Assembly (NCBI RefSeq): GCF_963921235.1
Contig: NC_086097.1
Span: 16,244,001 to 16,308,000, forward strand
DNA from: Mobula hypostoma
Taxonomy: Eukaryota
Direction: 5' to 3'
DNA: 64,000 nt
In this document: positions 12,341-25,670 of the stretch, one piece after another
Position numbering within the stretch: the first letter of the stretch is position 1
Layout of the letters: every line of letters begins with the position of its first letter
The notes under the pieces: generated by a model
Seen by the model: only the letters and a program-made list of their open reading frames with translations
Told to the model about the DNA's origin: nothing
Database searches by the model: none
Made by a program: the position numbers and the translations under genes

Positions 12341-13791
12341 TGTATGCCTTTTGTCTGACAACATCCTTGCTTCCCTTTTACCCATCTATACTAATCCCAT
12401 TTACTTGCACTTTAACCTGCTCCGTCTATGCCTTGCCTATTTAACTGTCTGTCCCAATGCCACTGAAACAGTGATTGTATCCGATTCCTCCACCACCACC
12501 TCTGGAAATCAACCAGTCAGTATAGTTTGAACTGTCATTCTTCTGAACTTCAGACAATGTGGACTCACTCAGTCTCAAAGCTATATTAAGGCTAAAGCAC
12601 AGAACATATGTCACAATGGGCCAACTGAAAAGGAGGCAGCAAAGTGCCAGACATGACGAAGTCATCATCTGTAAACACGATTTGAAATTATTTAGAAAAT
12701 AAATGCATCCAAAAAAAGGATATGATCAAACACATGAAGCAACATATTATTATCTATTCTAAATTTTTTAAACATTAAGTTAATAGCTAGTCCACTTAGG
12801 GACAAGCTTTCTTGGTAGCCTTGATAATTGGGGAAGGGATCCTGAGACAATCTTCTCAAAATATGAACCAGTCCAGTGAGCAACTACCCTTCTGAAGCAA
12901 GTATTGTACATTCTTTCTGAAGAAGGGCAAGATGTGGATTGCCTGGGTGAAAATGACTCCCAGTAGATCAGAGATTTTGGTGCTTGGGTGGAAAGTGAAT
13001 GGGAAGGGGTGGGGGAGAGGAGGTTTGAGTAAACAGTGTGGTGAACTCTAATGATATCTTGAGAACTGAGCACAAAACTAGTTTACACAGCCAGTAAAGA
13101 GGCAGCTCTGTAGTTAATGCTGTTCCCCAGCTAGTAAGATCCAGTACTGCTGGGTAAGTACAGGCTGCACCACCACATGTTGCCCAGTCAGAACAGGACT
13201 GGCAAAAGCTGGTCTGCAACTAGATTGTCCATTCAGTAGATTTGACAATTGCTTGTACGTGGAAAACGACAGACTGTACAGAGCATAGAAGTATCTGGCA
13301 CCTGAAGAAAAAACTGGCATACTTTTGGAGCATAGAATCAGGACTTTTAGCCCACCAGGTCTGTGCCAACCATTGACCACCCATTTACACAAATCCTAAC
13401 TTATTCTCCCCAGATTTTACAATCTCTACACCCCAGGGGCAATTTACAATGGCCATGTGACCTACATTTTAATGTAGGTGACAAAGCCACTGAAAAGCAG
13501 CTGACGACCTTCAGTGTACATTGACAAAACAGTCATTTCTATTGGATAGCGAAATACATGATATAAAAAGATGAGAAATAATTTGAGGTAATACAGAATT
13601 CAGGACATTACAGACAAAACTATAGTTTAGTGCACAAGCTATTAATGATTGAGCTAGTGGCTGAATATAATCGCTGTAATATATTGCTGGTAATGGTCTA
13701 TCCACAGTAATGGCTAGTACCAATGATTACCTACACTGTCCCATTTGAAAATGAAGACTAACCAGCTGTCTTGCATTTCTTTCTCTTTCAG

Positions 13792-13908
13792 TTGTTGCAG
13801 TGGGATTATCGCTGCCGGCTTGGCTCCGGGGAGAATGGAATACACGAGATAAAAGCTCATTCCTTTTTCAGCTCTGTTCACTGGAATAAGTTAAATGGGT
13901 ATAGATGA
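13792..13908 (+). CDS. RPS6KL1: RPS6KL1 terminal coding exon: LLQWDYRCRLGSGENGIHEIKAHSFFSSVHWNKLNGYR*
   Basis: Strong pyrimidine tract ttgcatttctttctctttcag|TTG; kinase subdomain XI pattern LLQxxxxxRLGxGxxGxxEIKxHxFF..W; TGA at 13906-13908. Too short to appear in the ORF track. Confidence 0.9.
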   Translation: MLQWDYRCRLGSGENGIHEIKAHSFFSSVHWNKLNGYR

Positions 13909-15004
13909 GTAACATAACTGAACAATGAACAGCTCAGGGGCAGAGTGCTCTGAGCAGATTTGGAACTTGTGCACCAGTGCTGAGCCTGCAAACAATTAGA
14001 GCTACAATGAGCAAAGGTTATCAGCAGAATTCAGTCCGTTACCACTCTGACTGGGTTAAAAAGAGTTGAAGTTCACTAGAAACAATTATTAGTCCTGTTG
14101 AATAAGCAATGTGCTGAACTTGGGACAGTGTTCAGCAAGTTACCATGCAGACATCTTTCTAGTGTGGCATACTTGGTGGTAATAACTTCTAGTGATTAAG
14201 CTTTCACTAGCCAGGCAGCTCCTCTTTATCCACTGGTGAAATACTTAGTCCTTACCTGACTCCCATCTCCTTGTCCATATATCCGTGATATCCTTCCTCA
14301 GAGCACCGGTTAATACTCAGTGTTCTCATCCATCCATTCCCTAGTGGTCAAGTTTGGTATTTCTCCTGGGTCTTCCTTTCCCCAGTGCTTACAAAGCTGT
14401 ATATTCCAAATTATTTTCCTTCCCTTCCAGGATTACTGCTGAGAAAACGAAAGATAAATCACACTCCACCTTGTATCTGTTGAATTCTTGTATCATAAAT
14501 GTTTGGTAACTGCCATGGAAAGAAAAGTATCCAGTCCATGCTGATCAGTGGACACCCATACATACATATTAATCCCATCTTCCAGCTCTAGGTCCATAGT
14601 CTTCTAAGTCTAGAAGGTTCAAGTATTTGTTTATTTAGACGTTTTTTAAATGCTCTCAGTGACATTGTTTCCACTACTCTCTCAGGCCACTTGCCACTTT
14701 TGGTTAATTCCACCCCCCCCCCCACAGTTTTATCTACCTCTAATATTGGGAATAGTTTCCTCCAGTCCCCCTATCTCTACCCTTCTTATTATATACCTCA
14801 ATCATATCTCCTCTTGACTGCCTTCACGCCAGAGAAAACTGACCTAGTGTCTCCGGTTTCTCCTCATAACTGAAACGCTCCATCTCAGTTAACATCGTGG
14901 TAAATCCTCTCCAGTCCTATCACACCTCCTCTATAGTGTGGTGACTAGAATGGCAAACTAAGGTCTGACCAATGTTTTATAAAGTTGTAGCATAACCATT
15001 TTTT

Positions 15005-15242
15005 AAATGTATTAATGTACAGTGCAGAACAGGCCTTCTGGCCCTTCAAGCCGTGCCATCCAACAACCCCCGCTTTAACCCCAGCCTAGTCACAGGGCAA
15101 TTTACAATGACCAATTAACCAGTACATCTTTTGACCGATTGACCGTACGTCTTTGGAAAGTGGGAGGAAACTGAAGCACCCGGAGGAAACCCACACAGCC
15201 CCAGGGAGAATGTACAAATACCTTACAGGCAGCGGCAGGAAC
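15005..15242 (-). mobile_element. V-SINE (HE1-like) within the probable RPS6KL1 3' UTR
   Basis: gggcaatttacaatgaccaattaacc...gtgggaggaaactgaagcacccggaggaaacccac. Confidence 0.75.
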
Positions 15243-15935
15243 ATGCCTGCTCTTTTATTCATTGTAATTCACATGCAATCCCAAATTTATTCCATCTGCT
15301 ATGGATATTTGTGTTTTGGTCCCTTGTTCACAAAAGCCATTAGTTTGAAAAGAGAAAGATGATTTTCTCTATCCAAAAAAAAATGCAGTTTCATATCCAG
15401 GCCTTTTGTCAAAAGGAATTGCACGCCAGTTTTGTCTGCTCAGAGGCTTCTGGTAACGTGAAATCTTGTCTAGGGTACCTTGTGTTTCCCTCCAGTTACA
15501 TTTGGAAGAGATAGGAGGGACAACTTGGGATCAGGCACTGACGCTGACAGTGATGGGAAGAGACTCACAGGCTCCATGTTCCCACTAAATCACACTGCTG
15601 GCAAGCTGTTTCTCTTTCTAAATTCACTTGAGCCTTGTTAAACTACTTGAATTGTGTGCAAACGGATGAAGAGTTCTACTGTTACTGGCATGGTCATAGG
15701 CCTGTGTTTGTGTTTGCACTTTTTTGCTCCTTGCAAGACTTGCTTGCCCAACTATTCAAACAGTTATCAGTATATATATCTGTACTGGATTTCCATAACT
15801 TTCATATTGGCCATCTTTGATTGACACTCCTGCAAGCAGCTAGCATGCAGGATTTTATTTTAGCAAGTTCTGCCAGGCAGCATTGAACAAAAGGATTTAG
15901 TCATTTCTCTAGCTTGTTTCACACAGTACGTTCCA

Positions 15936-15941
15936 AATAAA
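15936..15941 (+). terminator. Candidate poly(A) signal AATAAA for the RPS6KL1 3' UTR
   Basis: Canonical AATAAA in unique AT-rich sequence about 2 kb after the stop; the UTR may instead extend to ~16.75 kb. Confidence 0.3.
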
Positions 15942-17027
15942 GACCAATGAATCATCCCTCTATTGAAAACTAAAACTTGTTTATTCCTAAGTCTACTGTG
16001 TGCACTAGCTGCAATTTATTTGTTGAGTTTTGTGTATCCTGAGTCCCAATGTCTGCCTCTATAGTATGCAATGATCCTGTTAATGACTAGTAAGATATAG
16101 TACATGTCTTTATGTCCTTCCCAGAAGCCTGTTGTGACACAATGCTTGCTACAGTGATTTACTGGTTTCTGTCAAAATATGTATGGCCCAGTCTCAGTGT
16201 ACATCTAATTTATTTTTAATTTTCACAGTGGTCAAGGAACTGGGGCAGGGGTACTTACAAAAAAAAAGGTATAACAGTAACATACAAGTAAATAATGATG
16301 GCTCTCTGATTAAAAATCAGTCTACCTACCTCCAGCTGAGTGCCAACGTTACTTGAGGTTACTCTACCTTCCATCCTGCCGCTTTTTATATTATGACAGA
16401 ATATTATTCAGAAGTTATGGTGTCTAGAGTAACAAATGTGCAAATTATGTGACTGTAATTAATTTTTCTGTCCCCTAAGTTTGTTAAGTTATCCCATAAA
16501 GATCTCAGAAGCTAACCGTTGCTGAGGATGGCCACTTGTAAATTGGCAAAAAGAAACCAACAGGTATTCTTATTTTATATTTTTGTAAAATGCTATTTGT
16601 CTCTAATTTGATGTGATTGGCTGCTATTTTATGAATTGTACATGTAGCCAATCAGCTGCAAGCATGATATACTTTTTCCAATTTTAGCACTTTGACTAAT
16701 GCATGTGAGATACATAAATATATTTAACTTTTATCCCATAAAATATTTTTCTTCATAGTTTTTTTTCAAACGTTACTGATTTCTTATTGTGGAATAGTTA
16801 TGCAGGGGAATGGCAGTTATTAGTTGGGAGCCTGACTGAGTACCAGGGGACTCTGTGAAAGTCATTACATACACATGAAATCTTGCACACACAGCACTTC
16901 TAGTAAAAGACACAGAACAGATCCTGCAACGGGAATTGTGGCCGGTTTTGTTTTTCCTAATCCAGGGATGAGTGTATGTGACTACGAGTGAGGCAAGAGA
17001 TAATACTGGAGGAAAAAGGATTTAGTA

Positions 17028-17400
17028 CTAGACATGCCCAGGCATGTCCAGTACGATGGTATTTATACCCCAGTAGTCCATCCCTCCTGATTGATTAGTC
17101 CTCATCCAGTCAGGTGTCTGCTCTCTCACCCTGATTACAATGGAATTCCAGTTCTTACTTGGAGCCAGTCCTTCGTGTTTGTTAAAATTCTTTTCCTCTA
17201 GGTATATTTCAATGGCTTCCTTTACCAGACGGTCCCAAAAGCCATTGGTGTGGCACAGTAGTTTTGTGCTGATGAAGTCCGTTCTACGGCCATTGCGAAT
17301 GCAATGTTCTGCTACCGCCGATTTCTCTAGGTAACCCAAATGGATGCAGCTGCTATGCTCCTTGTTGCAGGTTTATATTGTGTGTCCCTTCTGCCTGATG
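17028..17400 (-). mobile_element. Penelope-like element fragment (GIY-YIG endonuclease C-terminus, Poseidon-like)
   Basis: EKSAVAEHC....TKLL....WDRLVKEAIEI....NFNKHEG...SKNW matches the C-terminal part of PLE GIY-YIG domains. Confidence 0.75.
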
Positions 17401-17677
17401 TACGCTGCTCTGCATTGACAGGGAATCCTGTAAATACCAGCCAACCTGATTCCCAGCTCATCCTCATGCTGAGAGTGGGAGTTGTACAAAAGATAAGCAA
17501 CCAAACAATAGCACTGTCATTCAAGAAGCCAGTCAAAAGGGGGAGAAGAGAAATTAAGTTGCAATTTGGGATGGTAGAGTCAGAGGAATGAATGCAATTC
17601 TCTATCACAAAGATCGAGAATCCTGAAGGTTATGATGTCTGACTGGTGCCTGGGTTCAGAACATCTCATCTGACTTA

Positions 17678-19604
17678 AGACCACAAGTCCATAAGATCAT
17701 AAGATGTAGGAGCAGAAGTAGGCCATTTGGCCCATCAAGTCTGCTCTGCCATTCAATCATGGGCTGATCCAATTCTTCCAGTCATTCCCACTCCCCTGCC
17801 TTCTCCCCATACCCTCTGATGCCCTGGCTAATCAAGAACCTAACTATCTCTGCCTTGAATGCACCCAATGACTTGGCCTCCACAGCCACTCGTGGCAACA
17901 AACCCCACAGATTTACCACCCTCTGACTAAAGTAATTTCTCCACATCTCTGCTGTAAATGGACGTCCTTCAATCCTGAAGGTCGTGCCCTCTTGTCCTAG
18001 AATCTCCTACCATGGGAAATAACTTTGTCATATCTAATCTGTTCAGGCCTTTTAACATTTGGAATGTTTCTATGAGATTCCCCCCACCCCACCTCAATCT
18101 GCTGAACTCCAGGGAATACAGCCCAGGAGCTGCCAGATGTTCCTCTTATGGTAACCCTTTCATTCCTGGAATCATTCTCATGAATCTTCTCTGATCCCTT
18201 TCCAATGTCAGTATATCCTTTCTAAAATAAGGAGCCCAAAGCTGCACACAATACTCCAAGTGTGGTCTTACGAGTGCCTTATTGAGCCTCAACATCACAT
18301 CCCTGATCTTATATTCTAATCCTCTGGAAATGAATGCCAACGTTGCATTCACCACCTTCACCATGGACTCAACCTGAAGGTTAACCTTTAGGGTATCCTG
18401 CACAAGGACTTCCAAGTCCCTTTGCATCTCTGCATTTTGAATTCTCTCCCCATCTAAATAATAGTCTGCCTGTTTATTTCTTCCACCAAAGTACATGACC
18501 ATCACTTTCCAACATAGTCATAGCCATACTTTATTGATCCTGGGGGAAATTGATTTTCGTTACAGTTGCAGTATAAATAATAAATAGTAATAGAACCATA
18601 AATAGTTAAATAGTAATATGTAATTTATGCCAGTAAATTATGAAATAATTCCAGAACCAGCCTATTGGCTCAGGGTGTCTGTCCCTCCAAGTAAGGAGTT
18701 GTAAAGTTTGATGGCCACAGGCAGGAATGACTTCCTATGACGCTCTGTGTTGCATCTCAGTGGAATGAGTCTCTGGCTTAATGTACTCCTGTGCCCAACC
18801 AGTACATTATGTAGTGGATGGGAGACATTGACCAAGATGGCATGCAATTTAGACAGCATCCTCTTTTCAGACACCACCGTGAGAGAGTCCAGTTCCATCC
18901 CCACAACATCACTGGCCTTACGAATGAGATTGTTGATCCTGTTGGTGTCTGCTGCCCCAGCACACAACAGCAAACATGATAGCACTGGCCACCACAGACT
19001 CGTAGAACATCCTCAGCATCGTCCGGCAGATGTTAAAGGACCTCAGTCTCCTCAGGAAATAGAGACGGCTCTGTCCCTTCTTGTAGACAGCCTCAGTGTT
19101 CTTTGACCAGTCCAGTTTATTGTCAATTCGTATCCCCAGGTATTTGTAATCCTCCACCATGTCCACACTGACCCCCTGGATGGAAACGGGTCACCGATAC
19201 CTTAGCTCTCCTCAGGTCTACCACCAGCTGTATTTTATTTGCCACTTCTTTGCCCATTCCCCTAAACTCTCTGAGTCTCTCTGCGTCTCTCTGCAGGCTC
19301 TTTGTTTCCTTAACACTACCTGCTCCTCCACCTATCTTTGTATCATCATCAAACTTAGCCACAAATCCATTAATCCTATAGACCAAATTATTGACATACA
19401 TCATAAAATGCAGCAGTCCCAACACCGACCCCTGTGGAACTCCACTGGTAACTGGCAGCCAGCCAGAATAGGATCCCTTTATTCCCACTCTGTTTTCTGC
19501 CGATCAGCCGATACTCCACCCATGCAAGTAGCTCCCCTGTAATTCCATGGGCTCTCATCTTGCTAAGCAGCCTCATGTGCGGCACCTTGTCAAAGGCCTT
19601 CTGA
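17678..19604 (-). mobile_element. CR1 LINE 3' portion (RT), interrupted by a Rex1 element and inserted in an older + strand CR1
   Basis: [42 protein letters not shown]1 3' UTR at ~17678-17950. Confidence 0.85.
18514..19228 (-). mobile_element. Rex1/Babar LINE 3' fragment
   Basis: YKYLGIRIDNKLDWSKNT..KKGQSRLYFLRRLRSF..FYESVVAS..VCWG, ..RHRKSFLPVAIKLYN; tail with AATAAA and (TATGAC)n; splits the CR1 sequence. Confidence 0.85.
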
Positions 19605-22600
19605 GGACTTGCAGAGGAATTTGGAGTGAAAGGGAAAACATCAAATTACCATGGTCCATATGGCTACCAACAACGTAAGAACAAGAAAAATGTTACTCTG
19701 AGGGAATTGAGCAAAGTAGAACCAAAGTGGTAATAATCTCTGAGCCATGTGCAAATGTGCACAGGGTTTACAAGAACAGGGAATTAATTACATGGCAAAG
19801 ATCAATATGGAAGAAGTGGATTTGAATACCGGGGAAGGAAGCAAATGTTTCGCTAGGACAAGCTCCACCTGAACCATGCTGGGACCAGGGTCCTGGTAAA
19901 TCACATCGAGGGCTGTGGATAGGGCTTTAAACTAAATTGTTGGGGGGGGGGGGTCATCAGCTTGGAAGAATATGGACAATTTAAAAGGAACAGAGTGCAG
20001 GAGAAGTTACTGAAGCCTCCAAAATGAAGAATAAGACCATAAGATATAGGAGCAGAGTTAGGCCATTTGGCCCATCGAGTCTGTTCCACCATTTCATCAT
20101 AGGTGATCCAGTTTTCCTCTCAGCCCCAGTCTCCTGCCTTCTCCCCATATTCCGTCATGCCCTGACCAATCAAGAATCTATCAAACTCTGCCATAAATAT
20201 ATATAAAGACTTGGCCTCCACAGCTGACTGTGGCAAAGAATTCCACAGATTCACCACTCTGGCTAAAGAAATTCCTTCTCATCTCCAATTTAAAAGGATG
20301 CCAGTCTATTCTGAGGCTATGTCCTTAGACCCTCCCACCACAGGAAATACAGACTCTATCAAGGCCTTTCACCATTCAATAGTTTCATTGAGGTCACCCC
20401 CTCATCCTTCTGAATTCTAGAGAATACAGGCCAAACACTCCTCATATGACAATCCATTCAATCCTGGAGTCATTTTTCATGAAACTCCTTTGAACTCTCT
20501 CCGGTTTCAGCACATCCCTTCTGAGATAAGAGGGCTAACCCCGGCTCACAATACTCCCAGTGAGCCTCACCAGTGCTTTATAAAGTTTCAACATTACATC
20601 CTTGCTTTTCTATTCTAGTCCAATTGAAATGAATTCTAACATTGTATTTGCCTTCCTTACCACAGACTCAGCTTGCAAGTTAGCATTCAGGGAAGCCTGC
20701 ACAAGGATTCCTAAGTCCCTTTGCACCACAGTTTTTTGTATTTTTTCTCCATTTCCACCCAAACTCCCTCTATTTCTGTGAACTGGTACACTTCCATTGA
20801 TACCTCCATATTATTGTCCAGTCTTCCTCAGATCTGATTTCGTTTTTCACCAACAGAGCAACACCGCCACCCCCCCATCCCCCACCCCCACCTATCCTTT
20901 ATATATAGTGTGTATCTTTGGATATTATGCTCCCAGCTATAATCTTTCAACCATAATTCAGTGATGCCTACAACATCATACCTGCCATTCTACAACTGTG
21001 CTGCAACAAAAAGTTAAAGGCATAAGAATTTACTTTAATGCAATGCTAAGCCAAAATTGTGAATGCAGGATTGAAGGGTTACATTTGAATATACAGTATA
21101 TGCAATAAGGTAGGTGATCTTTCAGCACAATTAGAAATTGACAGGCATGACTCATAGTGTTGTGGTTATCCAAGGATACACGTTGTATCCATAGGACAGA
21201 CAGGTGAAGAGAGGAGGTGGGGTGATTTTATTGATAAAATGAAATCAAATCTTTTGAAAGAACTTACAGTCTTAGAAGATGTAGAATCCTTGTGTGTGGA
21301 GTTAAGAAACAGCAAGGGTACAAAGAACCTGCTGGAGTTATACATAGACCTCCAAACAGCATCCAGGATGTGGGCTACAAATTACAATGGGAGATATAAG
21401 AATGATAATATGGCTGGGGAGACTTCAATATGCAGGGTTTTTTTGGGGGTGGTGGAATCAACTTGGTGCTGGATCCCAAAAGAGGGAATTTGTAGAATGG
21501 CCATGAGCAGGCTTCTGAGAGCAGCTTGTGGTCAAGTCCACTGAGGAAAAGGCAATTCTGGTTTGGGTGTTGTGTGATGAGAAGGGAGATTCCATTGAAA
21601 CCTATCGAATGTTGAAAGTTCAAGATACACTGGACGTGGAGAGAATGTTTCCAGTAGTGAAAGAGTCTAGGACAGCCTCTGCTAAAGAAATTCCTCCTCA
21701 CCTCTGTTCTAAAGGGACATTCTTAAATTCAGAGGGTAGTGAATCTGTGGAATTCACAGCCACAGACTATTTGGAAGATCAAGTCATTAGGTATATTTTA
21801 GACCATAAGACATAGGTGCAGAATTAGCCCATTTGGTCCATCGAGTCTGTTCCATCATTTAATCATGGTGATCCACTTCCATCTCAGCCCCAGTCTCCTG
21901 CCTTCTCCCCATATCCTTTCAAGCCCTGACCAATCAAGAACCAATCAACCTCTGCCTTAAATATACCCAATGAGTTGGCCTCCACAGTCACCTGTGGCAA
22001 CAAATTCCACAGATTCACCACTCTCACTAAAGAAATTCCTCCTCATCTCTGTTCTAAATGGACATTCCTCTACTCTAAGCCTCTGTCCTCTAGTCTTAGA
22101 CCCATAGGAAACATCCTCTCCACATCCACTCTATCGAGGCCTTTCAATATTCAATAAGTTTCAATGAGGTCACCCCTCATTCTTCTGAATTCCAGTAGAG
22201 ACCCACTGGCATCAAATATTCCTCATATGATAAGCAATTCAATCTAGGAATAATTTTCATGAACCTCCTTTGAGCCCAATGTCAGCACATCCTTTCTTAG
22301 ATACAGACCCAAAACTGCTCACATTACTCCAAGCGAAGCCTCACCTGTACTTTAAGAAGCCTCAACATTATATCCTTGGTTTTATATTCTATTCCTTTCG
22401 AAATGAACAGTAACTTCACATTTGCATTCATCACCACCAACTCAACCTGCAAATTAACCTTCAGGGAATCCTACATGAGGACACCCAAATCCCTTTGCAC
22501 TTCAGATTTTTAAATTTTCTCTCCATTTAGAAAAGTCTTTTTTATTCCTTCTACCAAATGCATGACCATACACTTCTTGTCACTGTAATCCATCTGCCAC

Positions 22601-24020
22601 TTCTTTGCCCATTTTTGTAATCTAAGTCCTGCTGTAGCCTTTCTGCTTCCTCAAAACTCCCTGATCCTCCACCTATCTTTGTATTGTATACAAACTTATC
22701 CACAAAGCAAGCCATCAATTCTTTCAATCCAAATCATTGACATATAATGCAAAATGAAGCAATTCCAAAACAGATACCTGTGGAACACTAGTTAATGGCA
22801 GCCAACCAGAAAAGCCTCCCTTAATTCCCACTCCTTTCTTCCTGTCAATCTGCAAATGCTCTATCCATGCTCGTATCTTTCCTGTAATATCATGGGCTCT
22901 TAACTACTTAAGCAACCTCATGTGTGGCACCTTGCAAGGGTTTCTCAAAATCCAAGTACACAACATCTACCAATTCTCCTTAGTCAATCCTGCTTGTTAT
23001 TTCTTCAAAGTCATCCAACAGATTGACAAGATTTCCTCTTAAGGAAACCATGCTGACTACAGCCTATTTTATTGTGTGCCTGTAAGTACCCCGAAACCAC
23101 ATTCTTAGCAAATGACTCCAACATCTACCGAACAGCTCAGCTCAGACTAACTGGCCTGTAATTTCAAACAAGAGAAAATCTGCAGAAGCTGGAAATCCAA
23201 GCAACACACACAAAATGCTGGAAGAACTCAGCAGGTCAGGCAGTATCTATGGAAAACAGTACAGTCAACGTTTTGGGCCGAGATCCTTCAGCAAGACTAA
23301 TTTCCTGTCTTCTGCCACTCTCCCTTCTTGAAGACTGGAATGACATTTGCAATTCTCTTGTCCCCCAGAACCATGCCAGAATTAATTGATTCTTGAAATA
23401 TCATTACTAATGCCTCCACAATCTCTTCAGTCACTTCCTTCACAACCCTGGGTTGTAGACCATCTGGTTCAGGTGACTTCAGACCTTTCAATTTCCCATG
23501 AATCTTCTCCCTAGTAATAGCAACTTAGCACTTCTGGTCCCAGACATTCTCGAACTTTCAGCATATTGCTAATGTCCACAGTAAAGATTAATGCAAAATA
23601 CTTACCCAGTTCATTCACCATTTGTGTCCCCCATTACTACTTTGATTTTTAGTTGCCTTCTGTCAGTTTTTAAAAAGCTTCCCAATCCTCTGACTTCCCA
23701 CTAATTGTCAGCTGTGGTTGCATCAGCCTGCCTTTAGAATACCACTACTTCTTTGGGATTTAAAGATCCAGCACTTTCTGAACTGCTCCCAGAACTTACA
23801 GCCACTGCTGTTCTGCCATCGTCCCTGCTAGTGTTCCCTCCAAATCAATTTTGGCCATCTCCTCTCTCATGCCTCTGTAATTCCCCTTACTGTAATAATA
23901 ATACATCCGACTTTGGCTTTTCCTCAAATTGCAGGGTGAATTCTATCATGTGATGATCACAGGGCCCCCAAGGGCTCCTATACCTTAAGCTCTCTAATCA
24001 ATTCTGGTTAATTTCTCAAT
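19605..24020. mobile_element. Mosaic of CR1 fragments: old + strand copy (19605-21800) with - strand 3' pieces (20033-20755, 21800-24020)
   Basis: ESLCVELRN, KSPEPDGLQPRVVKE..IFQES..; repeated CR1 3' UTRs starting agaccataaga. Confidence 0.8.
23166..23297. mobile_element. Penelope pLTR fragment with degenerate hammerhead (minus strand)
   Basis: aaatctgcagaagctggaaatcc..gaactcagcaggtcaggcag..; flanked by TAATTTC (23159-23165, 23298-23304). Confidence 0.7.
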
Positions 24021-25029
24021 ACCCAACTTGTCTACATTAAATCCATCTGCTTTTTTTCAGCCCATTTTTTCAGCTGGCCCAGATCCTGCTCTGACAGCCT
24101 TCTGCACTGTCCACTACACCCCCAATAATGGTGTAATCCACACCTGCTGGTCTAGTTTACCACATTATCATCCAGATCATTGATATAGATGACAAGCAAC
24201 AATGGACCCAGCACCAATTCCTGGAGCACATCACTGGTCACAGGATTCCACTTAGAGAGGCAACCATCTACTACCACAAACAACAGAAAATCTGCAGATG
24301 CTGAAAATCCAAGCAACACACGCAAAATGCTGGAGGAATTCAACATGACTTTGATCATAATCGTTCAGAACATTTAGGGCTGGGCAACAATTGGCTTTGG
24401 TGAAATCCACAGCTTGTCAATATCTGAAAAGACTGAAATGAGTTGTGGCATACTAACTCCTTTTCCAAACACTCTTTAAATATATTATGGCATCCTGTCA
24501 CTACCCTGCTTTCAGAGAGTCAGTTGTGACAGACCTATCATAAATTATCTAAAGAGGAGTGGAGACCATTATAGATCAACTATGATCTTACTGAATGGTT
24601 TGAAAGGCCTGATGGCCTGTTCTTGCTCCTTTTTTTTTGCAATTTTGTTTTTGTCTCTAATCCTTCTACCAATTATGTTAGGTCTATACCCTAACTTTTG
24701 TCAAATGTTCAGGTAAGTCTGGGTTTAAAGTTTCTGCAGCACTGCAACTGAATTTAGCTTCTTTGCCAGTAGAGGATGCTGTCCTCCTGCATATCCAGAA
24801 GAAATCTCTTATCAACAACTCAGTACTTATCAAGGTCAGAGACACAGGAATAGAATTAAGCTATTCAGTCCACAAGTCTGCTCCATAATATACCGACTCT
24901 GCTGGTTCTCAAACCCATCTTTGAATTACTTGGTCACAGATGGGTAGAAGTTTAATATGAGATTCATTGCACTACAAATCCCACAATAACTCTCCCTGAC
25001 TAACCTGCAGGCCTGTAATAGAAAGAGAA

Positions 25030-25350
25030 ACGTGGATGGAAGATTTACAAATATAGAGCCTTTCATGTCAACTTCAAGCTGTGCAATGTGTCAATGAAGT
25101 ACTGAAGTGTTGAAAACTTTTGTGTCCCACCTTTTCCCACAAACAGCACTACCTTATGTGTTCTGATAACATTGGTTGTGAGATAACTATTGGCCAGGTC
25201 CCTGGGGATCAGACACCTGCTCTCCTTGAAAGCCATGGGACTTTTTTCACCCCAGCTGAAATAACAGAGTGTAGGTCTAACATCTTACCTGAAAGACAGC
25301 TACTGTACTCCTTCAGTCCTGAAGCATCAGCTGTGATCTCAACTTCGTGA
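25030..25350 (-). mobile_element. Deu-domain SINE-like remnant
   Basis: tattggccaggtccctgggg..cctgctctccttgaaagccatggga..ctaacatcttacctgaaagacagc resembles shark SacSINE1-type sequence (recalled, not aligned). Confidence 0.5.
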
Positions 25351-25670
25351 CATCTGAACCTTTTTCCTGTCCTTGGCTATCGTACCATACTCCAGCGCAT
25401 TTTCAAAGTAATAGAAATGTTAAAAAGCTATTAAAATTGAAGCAAATGTAATTTAAAAATCTAAAGTTTATTACAGCAGTTAATGCTTTATTATTTCAAA
25501 TTCACATTTGGCTCCCAATTGCCTAGAAATGAAGGATTTCATGTTCACCAGTTCTATCTTTTCAGCTATTTACACATTTAGATACTAATACTTGCTGAAT
25601 ATGGAGTTTAAATAGTTTAACAAAATGTCAATGTTCAATTATTCCCCTTTTGGTAAACAATCTTCTGATT

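Noticed and set aside
13131..13153. Possible 23-nt cassette microexon of RPS6KL1 (ccccag|...TGG|gtaagt)
   Set aside because: Weak pyrimidine tract, frameshifting length, and the flanking exons already join into a complete kinase C-terminus; would need RNA evidence.
3336..13908. RPS6KC1 as alternative identity
   Set aside because: Residues (LSQ, HTQL.LPE.LS, W.KL.G) and adjacency to DLST favour RPS6KL1.
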